A stretch of DNA of 64,000 bases from assembly GCF_006345805.1 (NCBI RefSeq), contig NC_043003.1, positions 43,090,001 to 43,154,000 of the forward strand, written 5' to 3'. Made by a program: the position numbers and the translations under genes. This DNA is from Octopus sinensis. Taxonomy: Eukaryota. Of the stretch, positions 42,183 to 57,186 are shown one piece after another (within the stretch, counting starts at the first letter, position 1; each line of letters starts with the position of its first letter). The notes beneath the pieces are model-generated. The model made no database searches and was not told the origin of the DNA. It saw nothing but the letters and a program-made list of their open reading frames with translations.

Positions 42183-42659
42183 AGTCTCTATTAGAGTGTT
42201 TTAGATTTTTCGAGACCTATTTCTTGCACTGATTCGATGTATACCTGGAATTGTAATTTATCCTTGATTAATCATTGTAGGTTTTCGTATGTCATTGGTC
42301 ATAATGATACTATGTTCATGGGTCTGTAAATTCCAGGATCCCAGGCTTAGTGCTGCTTCATGTTTTGTGCGCCTGTTATGCCTGGTACATTATATGCCAT
42401 TCGTAATAGGGTTGCATGTATCCGTCAGTCTAATACACCCAGTGAGTTTCGGGGATTGTGGTGGATCAGCACCTAATTAATTGCGTTTTGGTCAGCTCTA
42501 AGTGGGTGGGAGCTGTCTAATGAGAAACGATGGGTCCTACCCCGATGAAAGTGGAGGCCATCCTGTTTCTCTCATATATATATATATAATTTTTTACCTA
42601 CGTCTTTGTGCTATTTATCTATATATCTATCTTTCTATGACTGTATCACTTTATCGACC

Positions 42660-42890
42660 AAGGTATAAGATGTTACTATACACCACTGATCACAATGCGT
42701 TTGCACGCATTGCTGTAGCTTTCAAACGATTCCTTCTTGCTGGTGAGGTGCCAGGTGAACATTCCTGCTGAACGGAATGCCAGTCCACCACAGTGTTGCC
42801 CATCTACAGTTGAAATTTAGGGTTTTGCTCAAGAGCACCCCATGATATCGTGATGGTGAGTGCCACACCCTAAGCACTTGGACATACGCA
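42660..42890 (-). mobile_element. Diverged tRNA-derived SINE
   Basis: TTTGCTCAAGAGCAC...CCCTAAGCACTTGGACATACGCAC is the reverse complement of a SINE head and core. Confidence 0.55.
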
Positions 42891-43102
42891 CATAACTACA
42901 TACAAAAAAAATCCACTCAGACACAAACTCTCTCTCACACACATACACACATACACACACATATACTGTAATACACAATCATATATACACATGCCGGCTA
43001 AATTTTGATTATTGAAGCTTTATTGATAAATATATTCAATATAGGTTGGTTCTTTTCAGGTGAAGAAATGGACCATTTTCTGACGTGGTTAAGAAGTGAA
43101 CA

Positions 43103-43155
<53 letters not shown>

Positions 43156-44910
43156 GATGTGATAACTTTCTTTGAATAGCTGCAAAAAGAAGTTATTTCG
43201 CTAGAAGCACCTGCTCATCCACTTCTTTTTTATCTTCAAAGGGACGAATATCATGCAAATCAATGATAAGTAAAACAAGAAATAGATCTATTCTTGATCA
43301 CATCTTCCTATCTTTTTCTATAGAAGAGTACACAATGCCTAATGGTTCATTTCTTTTGAATGTGTTTATGTTTGATTTAATTAGGTTGCTTATGAGTGGT
43401 ATTTCTAACATACATCCCTGTACAGTCTATTATAGGATCAAATCGGTGTCAATACCGGTTGCCCTGACAATATTGTTTTTAGGGGGAATGTCAGTATTGG
43501 ACATCTCTGGAATGAAAAACAAAACCTGTCAAAGTGAAGAGATGTAACCGCCGTACGGTATTTTGTGAGTATCCATGCGTATATTGCATAGAAAACTGTA
43601 TTTTCAGTGGATTGTGTATTAAAATTTCAACGGAGAGATACATTATTTAGCAATATTTCTGAATCTTGCGCTCTTTAGATTAATGTCGTGTTCACCGTCT
43701 CTCAACAGGCCAAGGAAATCAAAGAGCAAGTGTAGCTGGTTCACCAACTCATGCACCCATCACTATAAATGAAGGTTCATGCAAATAAAGACTCAAACAT
43801 CTTCGAACCACATACAGAAGTGGATTTTCCAATCTGGAGGTTGCATGCATGTCGGCACATATGAAATTGCATCTTCCATAGTTACATCGCAAGAACTATA
43901 TAGAATAGTACGGGGCAATCATGAATTGATCGCCAGCACGCTTGTATCCTTTGTTGTTGCAGTCAATTAATGGTGTTATCGTGATCAATTTCGAATACGA
44001 AAGGCAAAGTCAACCATCGATTTGAAGACCATATTTCTGCGCTGTCGTCAAGAACATGTTATTATTGTTAAACTCCAAAAGTTTGATTTCAGCTTAACTA
44101 AGATTACATTCGTCCCTGCCATATTAAAAATGAATGGCCTACATTATTTAATTTATCTTTGTTTATAGTGTAAATTGTTAGACTTCGTTTATGCATTGAA
44201 TGTTACATATAAATACTCCTTGTCGGTCGGAATGTCTAACATTATAAAATGTATGCAACTTTTTCATATATCAGTAACATCTAGCATTAGTTTCTATCCG
44301 AATAGTAATTAGCAGTTTATGTTAGGTCTAGAAATAAAAATTCGATTAGCACGTCCTATGTTACGTGCATGAGGCCACTTTTACGAAAAAATTCGATAAA
44401 TTTGTTATTTGTCAAAGATTATATTATTTACCAAAGATTATAAAAGTCGCATTTGTCTGCTAAAACTGATGGATTATATTTCTCATTACGACAAAATGTT
44501 TGCGACTGACAACATTGTTTTTCTCTCTAAGTATTGAATATTTGACAGAGAATTTTGAAACAGTCAGTGAATGACAAATGTTTATTTTCTTTCTTACTTT
44601 TTAAAACAGTACTTAGCTGTCTGTTAATCAATTTTTCAATCACTCAATCAATATTCCTATACGTACATAATTACTCGCATACATACATACATATAGATAT
44701 ACATAAATAGATACAACACACAGACACGAACGCATATATATACATATATATATATATATATACACTTTCGACTTTCGTCACTTTTTCTCTCCTCTCTCTG
44801 TATACAACTAGCCACACACGATTCCCTCCTTTTATCTGATGTATATGTATTGAAATGTATTTCTCTCTCTCTCTCTCCCCGTCTCTCTCTCTCTGTATAT
44901 ACATATATAT

Positions 44911-44957
<47 letters not shown>

Positions 44958-44994
44958 TATATATATATTTATATATATATGTATATATATATTA

Positions 44995-45182
44995 CGCATG
45001 CTTTTGAAGCCTAGCCAGGTCGACGGGACAGCAGTTCATTGCAGCATTACTCAAGAAACAGGAAGAAAGAGTACAACAGGGATTGCCACCATCCCCCTGC
45101 CGGAGCCCCGTGGAGCTTTAAGGTGTTTTCGCTCAATAAGCACACACAGCGCCCGGTCTGGGAATTGAAACCGCGATCCTCC
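44995..45182 (-). mobile_element. SINE fragment
   Basis: TTCGCTCAATAAGCACACACAGCGCCCGGTCTGGGAATTGAAACC is the reverse complement of a B box plus core. Confidence 0.6.
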
Positions 45183-45304
45183 ATTTTGATATATATGTAT
45201 ACTTAGCTATAAATATACATATATAAGAAGGCGTAGGAAAATATAATTGAGGTATAAATGCAACGCATGCATCACGAGCCTGTGATATTCTTTTTCTTTT
45301 CTAT

Positions 45305-47969
45305 TGTAATTTTGGGGGAGGGGCCAGTCTATTAGATCGACCCCAGTGAGCAACCTCTATTTAATTAGTCGACCCCGAAAGGATGGAAGGCATAGCCGAC
45401 ATCGGCGGAATATAAACTCAGAACGTAAATACATACGAAATAACTATTTCTTTACTACCAACAAAGGGCTGAACACAGAGAGGACAAACAAGGACAGACA
45501 AACGGATTAAGTCAATTATATTGACCCCAGTGCGTAACTGATACTTAGTTTATCGACTCCGAAATTATGAAAGGCAAAGTCGACCTAGGCGGAATTTGAA
45601 CTCAGAACGTAACGGCAGACGAAATACCGTCAAGCATTTCCTCCGGCGTGGTAACACTTCTTATTTCTTTACTGCCCACAAGGGGTTACACACAGAGGGG
45701 ACTAACAAAGACAGACAAACGGATTTAGTCGATTATATCGACCCCAGTGCAACCTCGGCTGACAGGTACGCAGAAATTTGCATGATGTCATATCATGAAT
45801 CTGAAAATGGTGAATATTGCAGGAAATCACAATTACATCGTTCTTTTCTACTCTAGGCACAAAGCCCGAAATATTGGGGGAGAGAACCAGTCGATTAGAT
45901 CGACTCCAGTACGCAACTGGTATTTATTTAATCGACCCCGAAAGATGAAAGACAAAGTCAACATCGGCGGAATTTCAACTCAGAAACTGAAGACAAACGA
46001 AATACATATTTCTTTACTACCCACAAGGGGCTAAACACAGAGAGGTCAAGCAAGGACAGACAAACGGATTAAGTCGATTATATCGTCCCCAGTGCGTAAC
46101 TGGTACTTATTTAATCGACCCCGAAAGGATGAAATGCAAAGTTGACCTCGGCGGAATTTGAACTCATAACAAAACTACGGACGAAATACCTATTTTTTTA
46201 TTACCCAAAAGGGGCTAAACATAGAGGAGACAAACAAGGACAGACAAACGGATTAAATCGATTATATCGACCCCAGTGCGTAACTCGTTCTTATTTTATC
46301 GATCACGAAAGGATAAAAAGCAAAGTCGACATCGGCGGAATTTGAACTCAGAACGTAGCGGCAGAGGAAATGCCTATTTCTTTACTACCTAGAAAGAGCT
46401 AAACACAGAGAGGAGAAACAAGGACAGAAAAACGGATTAAATCGATTATATCGACCCCAGTGCGTAACTGGTACTTATTTAATCGTCCCTGAAAGGATGA
46501 AAAGCAAAGTCGACCCGGCGTAATTTGAACTCAGAACGTAACGGCAGACGAAACACCGCTAAGTATTTCGCTCGGCTTGCTAACATTGCTGCCAGCTTTT
46601 CGCGTTAAGAGAGAGAGAGAGAGAGGGGGGGAGAAAAAGAGAAAGGGGGAGAAAGAGAGAGAGAGTAATATTTTCTACTCTAGGCACAAGGCTCGAATTT
46701 TCGGGGAGGGAGTCAGTCGATTAGATGGACTCCAGTACATAACTGGTACTTATTTAATCGACCTCGAAAGGATGAAAGGCAAAGTCGACCTCGCCGGAGT
46801 TTGAACTCAGAACGTAGCTGCAGACGAAATACCTATTTCTTTATTACCCACAAGGAGCTAAACACAGAGGGGACAAACAAGGACAGACATAGGTATTAAG
46901 TCGATTACATCGACCCCAGTGCGTAACTGGTACTTAATTTATCGACCCCGAAAGGATGAAAGGCAAAGTCGACCTCGGCGGAATTTGAACTCACAACGTA
47001 ACGCAGACGAAATACCTATTTCTTTACTACCCACAAGGGGCTAAACACAGAGAGGACAAACAAGGACAGACAAACGAATTAAGTCGATTATATCGACCCC
47101 AGTGCGTAACTGGTACTTAATTTATCGACCCTGAAAGGATGAAAGGCAAAGTCGACCTCGGCAGAATTTGAACTCACAACGTAACGCAGACGAAATACCT
47201 ATTTCTTTATTACCCACAAGGGGCTAAACACAGAGGGGACAAACAAGGACAGACATAGGTATTAAGTCGATTATATCGACCCCAGTGCGTAACTGGTACT
47301 TAATTTATCGACCCCGAAAGGATGAAAGGCAAAGTCGACCTCGGCGGAATTAGAACTCACAACGTAACGACAGACGAAATACCTATTTCTTTATTACCCA
47401 CAAGGGGCTAAACACAGAGGGGACAAACAAGGACAGACATAGGTATTAAGTCGATTACATCGACCCCAGTGCGTAACTGGTACTTAATTTATCGACCCCG
47501 AAAGGATGAAAGGCAAAGTCGACCTCGGCGGAATTTGAACTCACAACGTAACGCAGACGAAATACCTATTTCTTTATTACCCACAAGGGGCTAAACACAG
47601 AGGGGACAAACAAGGACAGACATAGGTATTAAGTCGATTACATCGACCCCAGTACGTAACTGGTACTTGATTTATCGACCCCGAAAGGATGAAAGGCAAA
47701 GTCGACCTCGGCGGAATTCGAACTCACAACGTAACGCAGACGAAATACCTATTTCTTTATTATCCACGAGGGGCTAAACATAGAGGGAACAAACAAGGAC
47801 AGACATAGGTATTAAGTCGATTACATCGACCCCAGTACGTAACTGGTACTTAATTTATCGACCCCGAAAGGATGAAAGGCAAAGTCGACCTCGGCGGAAT
47901 TTGAACTCAGAACGTAGCGGCAGACGAAATACCGCTAAGCATTTCGCTCAACGTGCTAACTTTTCTGCC
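45305..47969 (-). repeat. Three adjacent tandem arrays of SINE family B, unit 183-184 bp (arrays at about 45305-45660, 45843-46597, 46671-47969)
   Basis: Unit junctions (GAAAT-ACCT) in the largest array at 46831, 47014, 47197, 47381, 47564 and 47747. Each array has one head, n tail-1 units (1, 3, 6) and one terminal tail-2 unit. Confidence 0.95.
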
Positions 47970-50299
47970 TTATTAGGGAAAGAGACATGGAGAGAGATGG
48001 GGCAGAAAGAGAGAGAGAGAATAATATTAGCATGTGTTTAGACGAGTAGAATTCGGTGACGTATATTCTGTTCATGGTTTATTCGTGCCTGGGTTGCAAC
48101 ACATCTATGTAAGATGAAATTGAGACGAGCCTTGTGGCATATTGAATGGTTACATATGGAACTCGTTAAGCTAGTTGATAGTTGCTATCTTGTGTTATTT
48201 GATCAGAATGGGTTTAGTAACTAGACAGGTAGGAAAGAAAGGAAAGAAACGCCAGTTATATTTACAGTTTCTGAGATTCGAGTTGAGAGAGTTTTGGGAT
48301 CACCTCACTAGTGTAGCTGACATGTCCGGAAAAGATTTGGAATGTAGCTCAAATGTCTAGTAGAGGAAACTTATTTTCTTCAAAAGGGTTATAATCTTGA
48401 GTTTAGTTTAGGTTCCAATGCCTTGATAAAGTAACACAATGTGAGAAATCTGTTGTTGTTAATAGTAAAGTCGGTTTTACAATTTGTAGGGAGTCTACAG
48501 CGATTATAGATCCCGGGCCAGTTTTGTCATTAAACAAACATACAAAATAATTAATAGAAATCTAAATAAAACATATTAAAATGAAAAATACAGTTTGCAG
48601 CACCGGCAAAATTTAAAATGTGTAGACGAAAAATATATAGACATGTCACAAATTTTAATAAAATAATATGGGTAAGAAATAATTCATCAGATTTTTTTCA
48701 AACCATTTCTGCTACACATACCTGTTGTAGTATTTTCGAATTCTAATTATTTGTTAAACATAGAATACATACCATGACCTAGGTTTCAACAAAAGACGCC
48801 ATTAGTATACATAAATTACTAATATAGAATGTAAAGAAGAAATCTTGACAGCAACAATGATGTTTGTAATTCTTAGAGATTCTCCTGCTTACTGAGAATT
48901 CTATAATAGGCTATTAAATATGACGTAACGACAGGTAACATCGTTACCAAGTGTTCAGTTGTCACCAGTATTAAAACAAGTAAATTAATGTGGCGTGGTT
49001 TACTTGGCTTTCAAGGAACATACAAGGAGATGATGTGTATGTTGTTTTACACAAAAAGAAAAAAAAATAAAGAAAAAAAAACGAAGAAGAAGATGGTGAT
49101 ATTGACATGGCTTGCAGCATTGTTTTGACAAAGTTTAGCCACATTCCAAGAAATCTACTTTAAACTAATTGCTTCAGACCCAATCTCTCATAACTATTTT
49201 CGCATCTACAACTCTCCACTATAACGGGAAAATGTTATTTATGAAGATGTATTATTATTTTTTCAATATTAACATATTTAAAATTTACTTGATATTTCTC
49301 GTTGCTTATGCTCAAGCCAGCACTAAGCCAGTAGACTTTTTATCAGTAGCTCTTCGTCTGCGAACATCACACCTTTTATTCAGATAAAGTTTACTAGAAC
49401 TCAATTATTTAACGTGTTCAGTTTTGAATTGGGATTCAAGATTTGAGACAGATTTGGTTGTTATTTTACTATGTGGTAGTTATTTTACTACAGAGCCATT
49501 ATTGTTGGTTGCGTTGGAGATAGTTTTTGTCGTGGTTTGGTCAGTTGTATTGTTTTCTATTGTTTATGCAATTACTTATATGTATTCTTCATCCATCCTG
49601 CATTAACAAATATGATCAAAAGCATTGCAGCCGTGACCATCCAGTATTGTTATCCGAGAAACATAGGGCAATATTATCAGATATATTCTCTCGTATTCAG
49701 ATGGTAGGGAGATTTAGCTGCTATTCATTGCCAGTCAAGGAATCACATAGAAGATACTTGATTAGATTTTGTTAATTTATTTTTAAAATCAAGTCATAGC
49801 ATCCCCTTTTGCAAGATGAGGGATCGAAACTTGCTCTTGAAACTTTCGCAGTATCATTATATTAGATTTGCCAAACGCATAAAGGTTTAAAGTATCTCCA
49901 TAATTGTTTACTTGTAGCAAAATAAAGCATTTGAGAAAGACATTAATATAGTACATATACTGAATTGCATGTATTCTATATCATTGTGCTTTCAGACAAC
50001 ATGATCTCGAAACTACAATGCATTGAACAGCTTTTCGTACCTTCATAGACTAGGGATCCATAATCAAATTCCTCTTTTCTCGTTTATTGATAATCAATAT
50101 GTTAGCAATCTAAATACAACAAGAAACAATATTATATATGCATGGTGTCAGCGACAAGGTAGGAACTATTGATTCTTCAATTGAGACATGCATATTTCAT
50201 GTTTTCGGCAACATCGAATTCTTCTTTATGGTATACGTAGAATAAATTTACATATATCGATGTATGTGGGGACTGATTTTATGTCTATGTGAGTGAGAA

Positions 50300-50331
<32 letters not shown>

Positions 50332-50419
50332 TGCACGCGCACACAGGTATGCAAATGTACAGAAACATGTATGAAACTACCCTCTCATAATATACACAAA
50401 TGCATGCATATATGCATAG

Positions 50420-50453
<34 letters not shown>

Positions 50454-50715
50454 TATATATATATATATACATATATATATTTATACATATATATGTATGT
50501 ATATATATTATATATATATACTTACGTATATATGTGTGAGCGCCCGCGTGTGTGTGTATGTATGTGTTTGTGTGTACGCATCTATGGATTTATACATGTA
50601 TGCATAAGTATATAAACATATATATGCATGCATGCATACAAGTGCACGCACTCTTACACACACATATAAACACAAAGACATATTATTCAGAACAAGCACT
50701 TTTATACCTTCTTAC

Positions 50716-50864
50716 TTCCTCCAGGTTCACCCGCTTATGACTACCGTTCAAAGTAAACTTCTGTAGTAGCATATCTTTAAAAACATCACCTTTGACGAAG
50801 TTCTTTGTGACAACAGAAGAATTGGTCGTAATGTAGGTGTGACTCTTTGCAATATTTAATGAAG
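50716..50864 (-). CDS. Candidate coding exon of unknown gene
   Basis: Branch/acceptor TTCTAACTTCGATTAG, 149 nt with open frame SLNIAKSHTYITTNSSVVTKNFVKGDVFKDMLLQKFTLNGSHKRVNLEE, donor GAA|GTAAG. No homology recognised. Confidence 0.3.
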
Positions 50865-51704
50865 CTAATCGAAGTTAGAATGATAATTCCTGATTATTTC
50901 AGAGATTTTGCCACGTAACAAAAATGAGGTTAATAAAGCACTATATACCAATATTAGAAGTACCGCAATTTTCACGCATTTATGAAAGTGCTACAAGCTT
51001 CCACAATTTGCGGTACTTTGGCTTATTTTCTGAGAAACATGCAAATATCAGAGATTACTAACGATGAAAGAATATTTACTTTTTTCTCTTTTTTTTTGAG
51101 AAGATGTGCAGGGAGCATTTCTTTTCACGGGACCGAAACCTAGACTATAAGAAAAGAGCTGCAAAATGGCGATGGTTGTATCTATACAGAAGATTTTCAT
51201 GAGAGCCCTGAATATTTCATTTATGAACATGCTCTCCCCAATTATATTATTATTTTTAAACATCGTATAGTCTTTGTTGGTCACTGCTATCATGCAGAAC
51301 AATATGGCATATCAGATGTTATAATTGGTAGCCAGTATTATAAGGGAGAACGGCATCCCCTAGCCTTGATTAAGGTTATTTCCAAAGACATAAAATGAAT
51401 TTGGAAGTCTACCCAAGTTAATAGTGGGCAAGATTCGTGTGGCAATATTCTGAGAAGCTTATGAAGTGCGGCAACTTGCTGAAGAGCAGGATGGAAACGA
51501 ACTTCAGGAAGTACACTTTGTGAAAATATCTCTGAAGGAAATGTAAGTGTTTAATATCTTGCTGTTAGTAGAATTGTATATTTAATTATGTAACGAACTC
51601 ATTTCTGGTATACTTTTTCTATACGTTATGTAAACACGTTTATCTGAATGGTCATGCACGAGAAAATATCAGTGATGACTCACTCATAGTGTTTATAAAT
51701 AGAG

Positions 51705-51800
<96 letters not shown>

Positions 51801-51993
51801 TTATCTACTGTGTGTGTATGCACGCGCGCGTATGTGTGTATATATGACTGGGACCTGTGTTTATAAGAGGGGGTAAGAAAATACGTATTTCATATATATT
51901 TTACAGTTTTACTACTTAAGAGCGTTGCACGTTTCTCTCTCTCTCTCTATCTGTCTGTCTGTCTACCCAACTCTCTGTCTCTCTGTCTGTCAG

Positions 51994-52024
<31 letters not shown>

Positions 52025-53563
52025 ATGTGGACACAACACACACATAAATCCAACTACATTGCTGTAAATTATGTTGCGATTATCCTATGAAGTTGTTCTT
52101 TTCGGCAACACAGTGTCTATTCGCCTTTTCTTACTCACCCCCACTCTTTCTACTTCTCACTTTCTCTGCTTTTTTTTGTCCCTCCAAATCTAATGCCATG
52201 ATCCACTCTCTTCAAAGAATATAAATGTGCTCAGTGATTATTATCTGCATCATTCGCCCGGAAGCTCTCGTTATTATTTCCTCAACCGACAGAATACAAA
52301 CATGATCGGCTGATTGGTTCAAATGTGTAGCTCAAGTGTATCAACAGATGCACGTACATATTAACGTGTACAGCATTCGGTGTATTCTAATTGAGACTAG
52401 CTGAGATGGCTTCTAGTGACGTCAACTTCACTACAATAAAGTGAAGCGACAACTGCAACTTAACGAAACGCACTATAGTCATGGCATTTTCCTCCACAGT
52501 TCATTGTTGAGCCGTAATCGCTCATGAAGTATGTTTTCATGGCCAGAACTTGCGGATGAATATAAAAATAATAATACTATAAAAATGAAAATGAAATTCA
52601 AAAATCAAAATAAAATGAAAAGTAAAGTACAGTTGAGAGAAAGGGATACAAACCACGAACATTCTGGTTTTTCGATAAACACGCTATCTATAAGTGTAAT
52701 TTAACTACGGCTTTGAATTCAGTGACTAATCTGAGCTAAAATCTATTTTATTTAATGTATTCAAGGTTAATGTGCTGCAATGTTCTCTAACAACAAACTG
52801 ATTGTCTTCATTTCTTGTACAAGAATAACAAAACAATATCAAAGCTTGTATCAAGTTTAATTCACTTTATTTCTTCGTTCGAAATTTTCTCATACATAAT
52901 TCATAATATTTTTGCATTAAAAACATTAGCTCTATTTTATTGTCATTTTTCTTTTCAATAACACACATTCCACACATATATATATATATATAAATATATG
53001 TAACTTAAAACACAATATACCCATATAGATATATTTACACATACGTTCGCATTGCGCACATACTTACAAAATATAACCCATACAAAAAAAACAAAAACAA
53101 ACAAAACAAAACATATTTCATATGTATGTATTTTTGTATGTATGTATGTATTCATAAATGTGTGTGTGTACATTCATATATACATACACACACACACGCA
53201 CACATACATACGCACGCTCACACATAAATACACACATATTTGTAAATATATTCACACAGAGGAAAATATACGAGGGCATAGAAACATATTGAAAGTTTGG
53301 TTATATCTACAACTATTGATGTTTGTGTATTACTGTGTGTGTGTGTGAGAGAGAGAGAGTTTGTGTGTGTGAGGGAGTTTGTGTGCGTGTGTGTTAGTGT
53401 AAAGTGCGTGGTCGTTAGTATAAGATGTGATAAGAAAATATGTACAAATATTTATACTTATGTAGGTATTTCATGTATATTTAACAGTCTTACTGTTGCT
53501 TCAATAGCTATATCTAAACCTACATACATATATGTGTGAGTGTATTCGCGATGCCTGTGTTTA

Positions 53564-53673
<110 letters not shown>

Positions 53674-54882
53674 AGCTTACACGATTGTGTGTGGATGTGA
53701 GAGTGTGTGTAGTTTATCTTTTTCCATTTTAGTGCTGGAATCTTGTGTACTGCTGTGTTTATTTTATAACTTGTCTAGAAGAAACAATAAAATTCTGATG
53801 TATATATGATATTAATATTACAATATTTTGGGTTTTTATGTTTTCTTGCCATATACTTCTTTTTTTCATTTCAGCTATTTCTAACAAGATGTCTTAGTTT
53901 TCTCCCTCACTTATCTTAAGTTTTTAATCCCTTTCTAACAACACTATCTCACTCACCGCGATTGCCACCACCTACACGCCCGCCGCCGCCGCCGCCACCA
54001 ACTACTAATGCCATCGACACAACTACCACTACAAGTAGGTTGAGACTTTGCATCTAATATTGACAGTTTTGTGAAACTTTAATAATAAAACAATAAAGTA
54101 TTGTTGGCTGAAGATTTCAGTCCAAAATATTTGTAACCTTTTATACACTGCAATCTTTTATGTTCCTGTTATGTCTTTTATATACTTTGTAAATCTTACT
54201 GGAGATATTTCTATTTCCAGAAGTTTCCGCAGTTACCATTTTTATATTATATTTATCGAGATATTGCCATTATCGAAGTGAGGCAGAAATACTGCAACGT
54301 ATGTCAGTGAATTCGAAATCAAAGTTTCTGCAAATATAATAGTAAAAATGAATATCTCAATATCGATGTATAATCTGGGGAAAATATATTTGAAAACGTA
54401 TTTAAACGTAAATGACCATATGTCAAAATATATTGATTTTTTTTAATAATGCACGCGGACACGGTTTCTATGGGAGTGAATATGTTCAACTGAACAACCA
54501 GTAGTATGTTAATGAAACTATATATACGCGACATTAAGTTGAATATAATGCGAAGAGAAAATTTAAATGAACGAATCAGATAGACATGGGAATCGTGTCT
54601 CGTGTTTTAAACAGAAGTTAGTAATGAAATCTTGTGTATTTTATGGTTTTTATCGAAGAGTACTTAAACTATGCCATTCCTGAAATGACTAAAATGTAAA
54701 AATTTTCAGGTTGTAAAAGAATTTATATACATTCATTCAACCTACTAGAAATATCACCCAAATCATCGTCAAAAGACATAATACCAAAATAAACAAAAGT
54801 GAACGGAATATCCGACAATATCGACCTAAGTGTCATATGTCTGAGATTTTACATACTGGTACACCTTTGATTAAACGTCTGT

Positions 54883-55037
<155 letters not shown>

Positions 55038-55389
55038 TATATATTCATGATATCAAACCGTTTTGAAACAGATATTGTATTTCGAGATGGTCATTATTAT
55101 TATTATTACTATTTTTATTATTCTTTTTTGTCAAGTAAACACACGCACCATATATTCGTCCTTCACTCGTTTATTACTACTGTGTAATAAAGAAGCATAT
55201 CAGGACGGAAGGTTTCATAAGCGTGTGCTAATTTGGCAAAAAAAGAAAATGACCATCCCAAAATACAATATATAATTGTGTGTGTGTGAATCTATGTATA
55301 TGTAGGTATACATATAATTATCTACTATCTATCTACATACACGCGCGTGCACGCACACACATGCATTCTCACACACACACACATACATA

Positions 55390-55640
55390 TGAGGGCTCAG
55401 TATTTAGGGTGTTGCAAACGTGATGGCGGTTTGTATAACTTGACCGGGTCGAGACGCTGAGCCCTTGAGCAAAACACTTCATTTCACGTTGGTCCGCGGT
55501 AATTTTAACACTTGTGTGGTACACCGCGAATATATTGAAGCCGCGTCGACTTGATGGAGGTAGTGAGTGAATGTACAGCACATATATTTGATAACTATAA
55601 ACAAATCAGTTGGGCGGGGTGTTCAGAAATAAATTGAAGA
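55390..55640 (+). mobile_element. Diverged tRNA-derived SINE
   Basis: GGCTCAGTATTTAGGGTGTTG...CCCTTGAGCAAAACACTTCATTTCACGTTG. Confidence 0.6.
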
Positions 55641-55688
55641 AGCGTTTTACTTGAACTACGAGAGACTGCCATTATACATACATACATA

Positions 55689-55753
<65 letters not shown>

Positions 55754-55774
55754 ATGTATGTATGTATGTATGTA

Positions 55775-55819
<45 letters not shown>

Positions 55820-56632
55820 GCATACGCACATATATATTTTATGCAGAAACATTCAAAAACGTGTATTAATAAAGTAACTGGTCAGGCCATAGAATGTTCA
55901 AGTATCTACTGCTTTCTTATTACCTGTCAGAACTAGAAGTGCAGCGCGATGAATAGGTAATTATTTCCCTTTCAAACACATTCCTTCCTAGTCACAGGTT
56001 CGATGCAAAGCGCCTGGAGAGACAGAGACGAAAAAAATAGCTTTCCATGATTGAAAAATCGGTGAGAAATGTTATTAATGTTAGAAGGCATCATAAGGTG
56101 CTGTTAAGGAAATTACATTACTAAATCATTATATAACACTGGGGGATATTGATGAATAATAATTTATGGAAGGTACTAGATTGGTAGAACGCCTAAAACG
56201 GGAAAATATAAAATTAATTGTCGGTGATATTTACATTCAACCCTTTAATATAAGAGTTCAAATCCGCCCAAGCATCATTTGCCTTTCATATATCCTCTAG
56301 AATCAATATAATTGTCAGTGATATAATGGTGTTCAATCAACTGTACCCCTTTTCTACACAAATACTTTTTTTTCGATGTTGGGGAAAAGTTAGAGATTAA
56401 TATCGAGAATTCTCAGCAATTTCATTTAAAATTGATATTTGATATATTGAAATACTGTATACGCACGCAGTTAACAACCGAATATATATAATTGGAGATG
56501 GTGTTTAGATAATTTAATTGTAAGGATATTGTGTGATAGAAGAAATAGAAGCCAGTAAAAAACAAATAATGATTTTTTCTTTTTCTTACTCATACTATTA
56601 CTTATAGAGAAATATAGATATGATGAATAATA

Positions 56633-57030
56633 CACTACTGCCGCCGCCGCCGCCACCACCACCACCACAACCACCACAACCACCACCACCACCACTAGAA
56701 CTACTACTATCACCATTAAAGCTATTACCATCAGTTCCACTACCACCGCACTACTACTACCGCTGCTGCTACTGCTACTACTACTATTATCACCACAATC
56801 ACCATAAATGCTACTACTATCACTTCCACCACCACCACCACTACCACCACCACTACCACCACCACTACTACCAATACTACTATTACTAATACTACTACTA
56901 CTGCTGATGATGATAATGCTGATGCTACTCCTCCTCCTCCTCCTACTACTACTACTACTATAACCGCAATCACCGTTAATGCTACAACTATCACTTCCAT
57001 CACCACTATCATCACATCCACCACCACACC

Positions 57031-57070
<40 letters not shown>

Positions 57071-57170
57071 TTACTACTACTACACTTCTACCACTACTAT
57101 TACTATCACCATTAATGCTATTACTATCACTTCCACCACCACTACAAATACCGACAAAATGCATAGCACC
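56633..57170. repeat. (CCA/CTA)n low-complexity tract with a recurring ~33-bp motif; continues at 58744-58905 beyond the LINE
   Basis: ATCACCRTWAAWGCTA..AC.ATCA.TTCCA.CACCAC recurs near 56709, 56798, 56969 and 57105. Confidence 0.85.
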
Positions 57171-57186
57171 ATCATCACATAAACCA

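Noticed and set aside
41705-42575. Hammerhead-like words at 41728 (minus CTGACGA) and 42517 (CTAATGA...GAAAG)
   Set aside because: Core or stems incomplete; a valid three-way junction cannot be drawn.
45305-47969. Regular array as CRISPR or retrozyme
   Set aside because: Units are near-identical along their full 183 bp with no unique spacers, no cas genes are present, and I found no CUGANGA core on either strand of the unit.
48040-48500. Possible Penelope RT remnant (ENKFPLLDI) on minus
   Set aside because: Too decayed to call from one short motif.
50958-51018. 11-bp inverted repeat AAGTACCGCAA/TTGCGGTACTT
   Set aside because: Short and isolated; compatible with chance in 64 kb.
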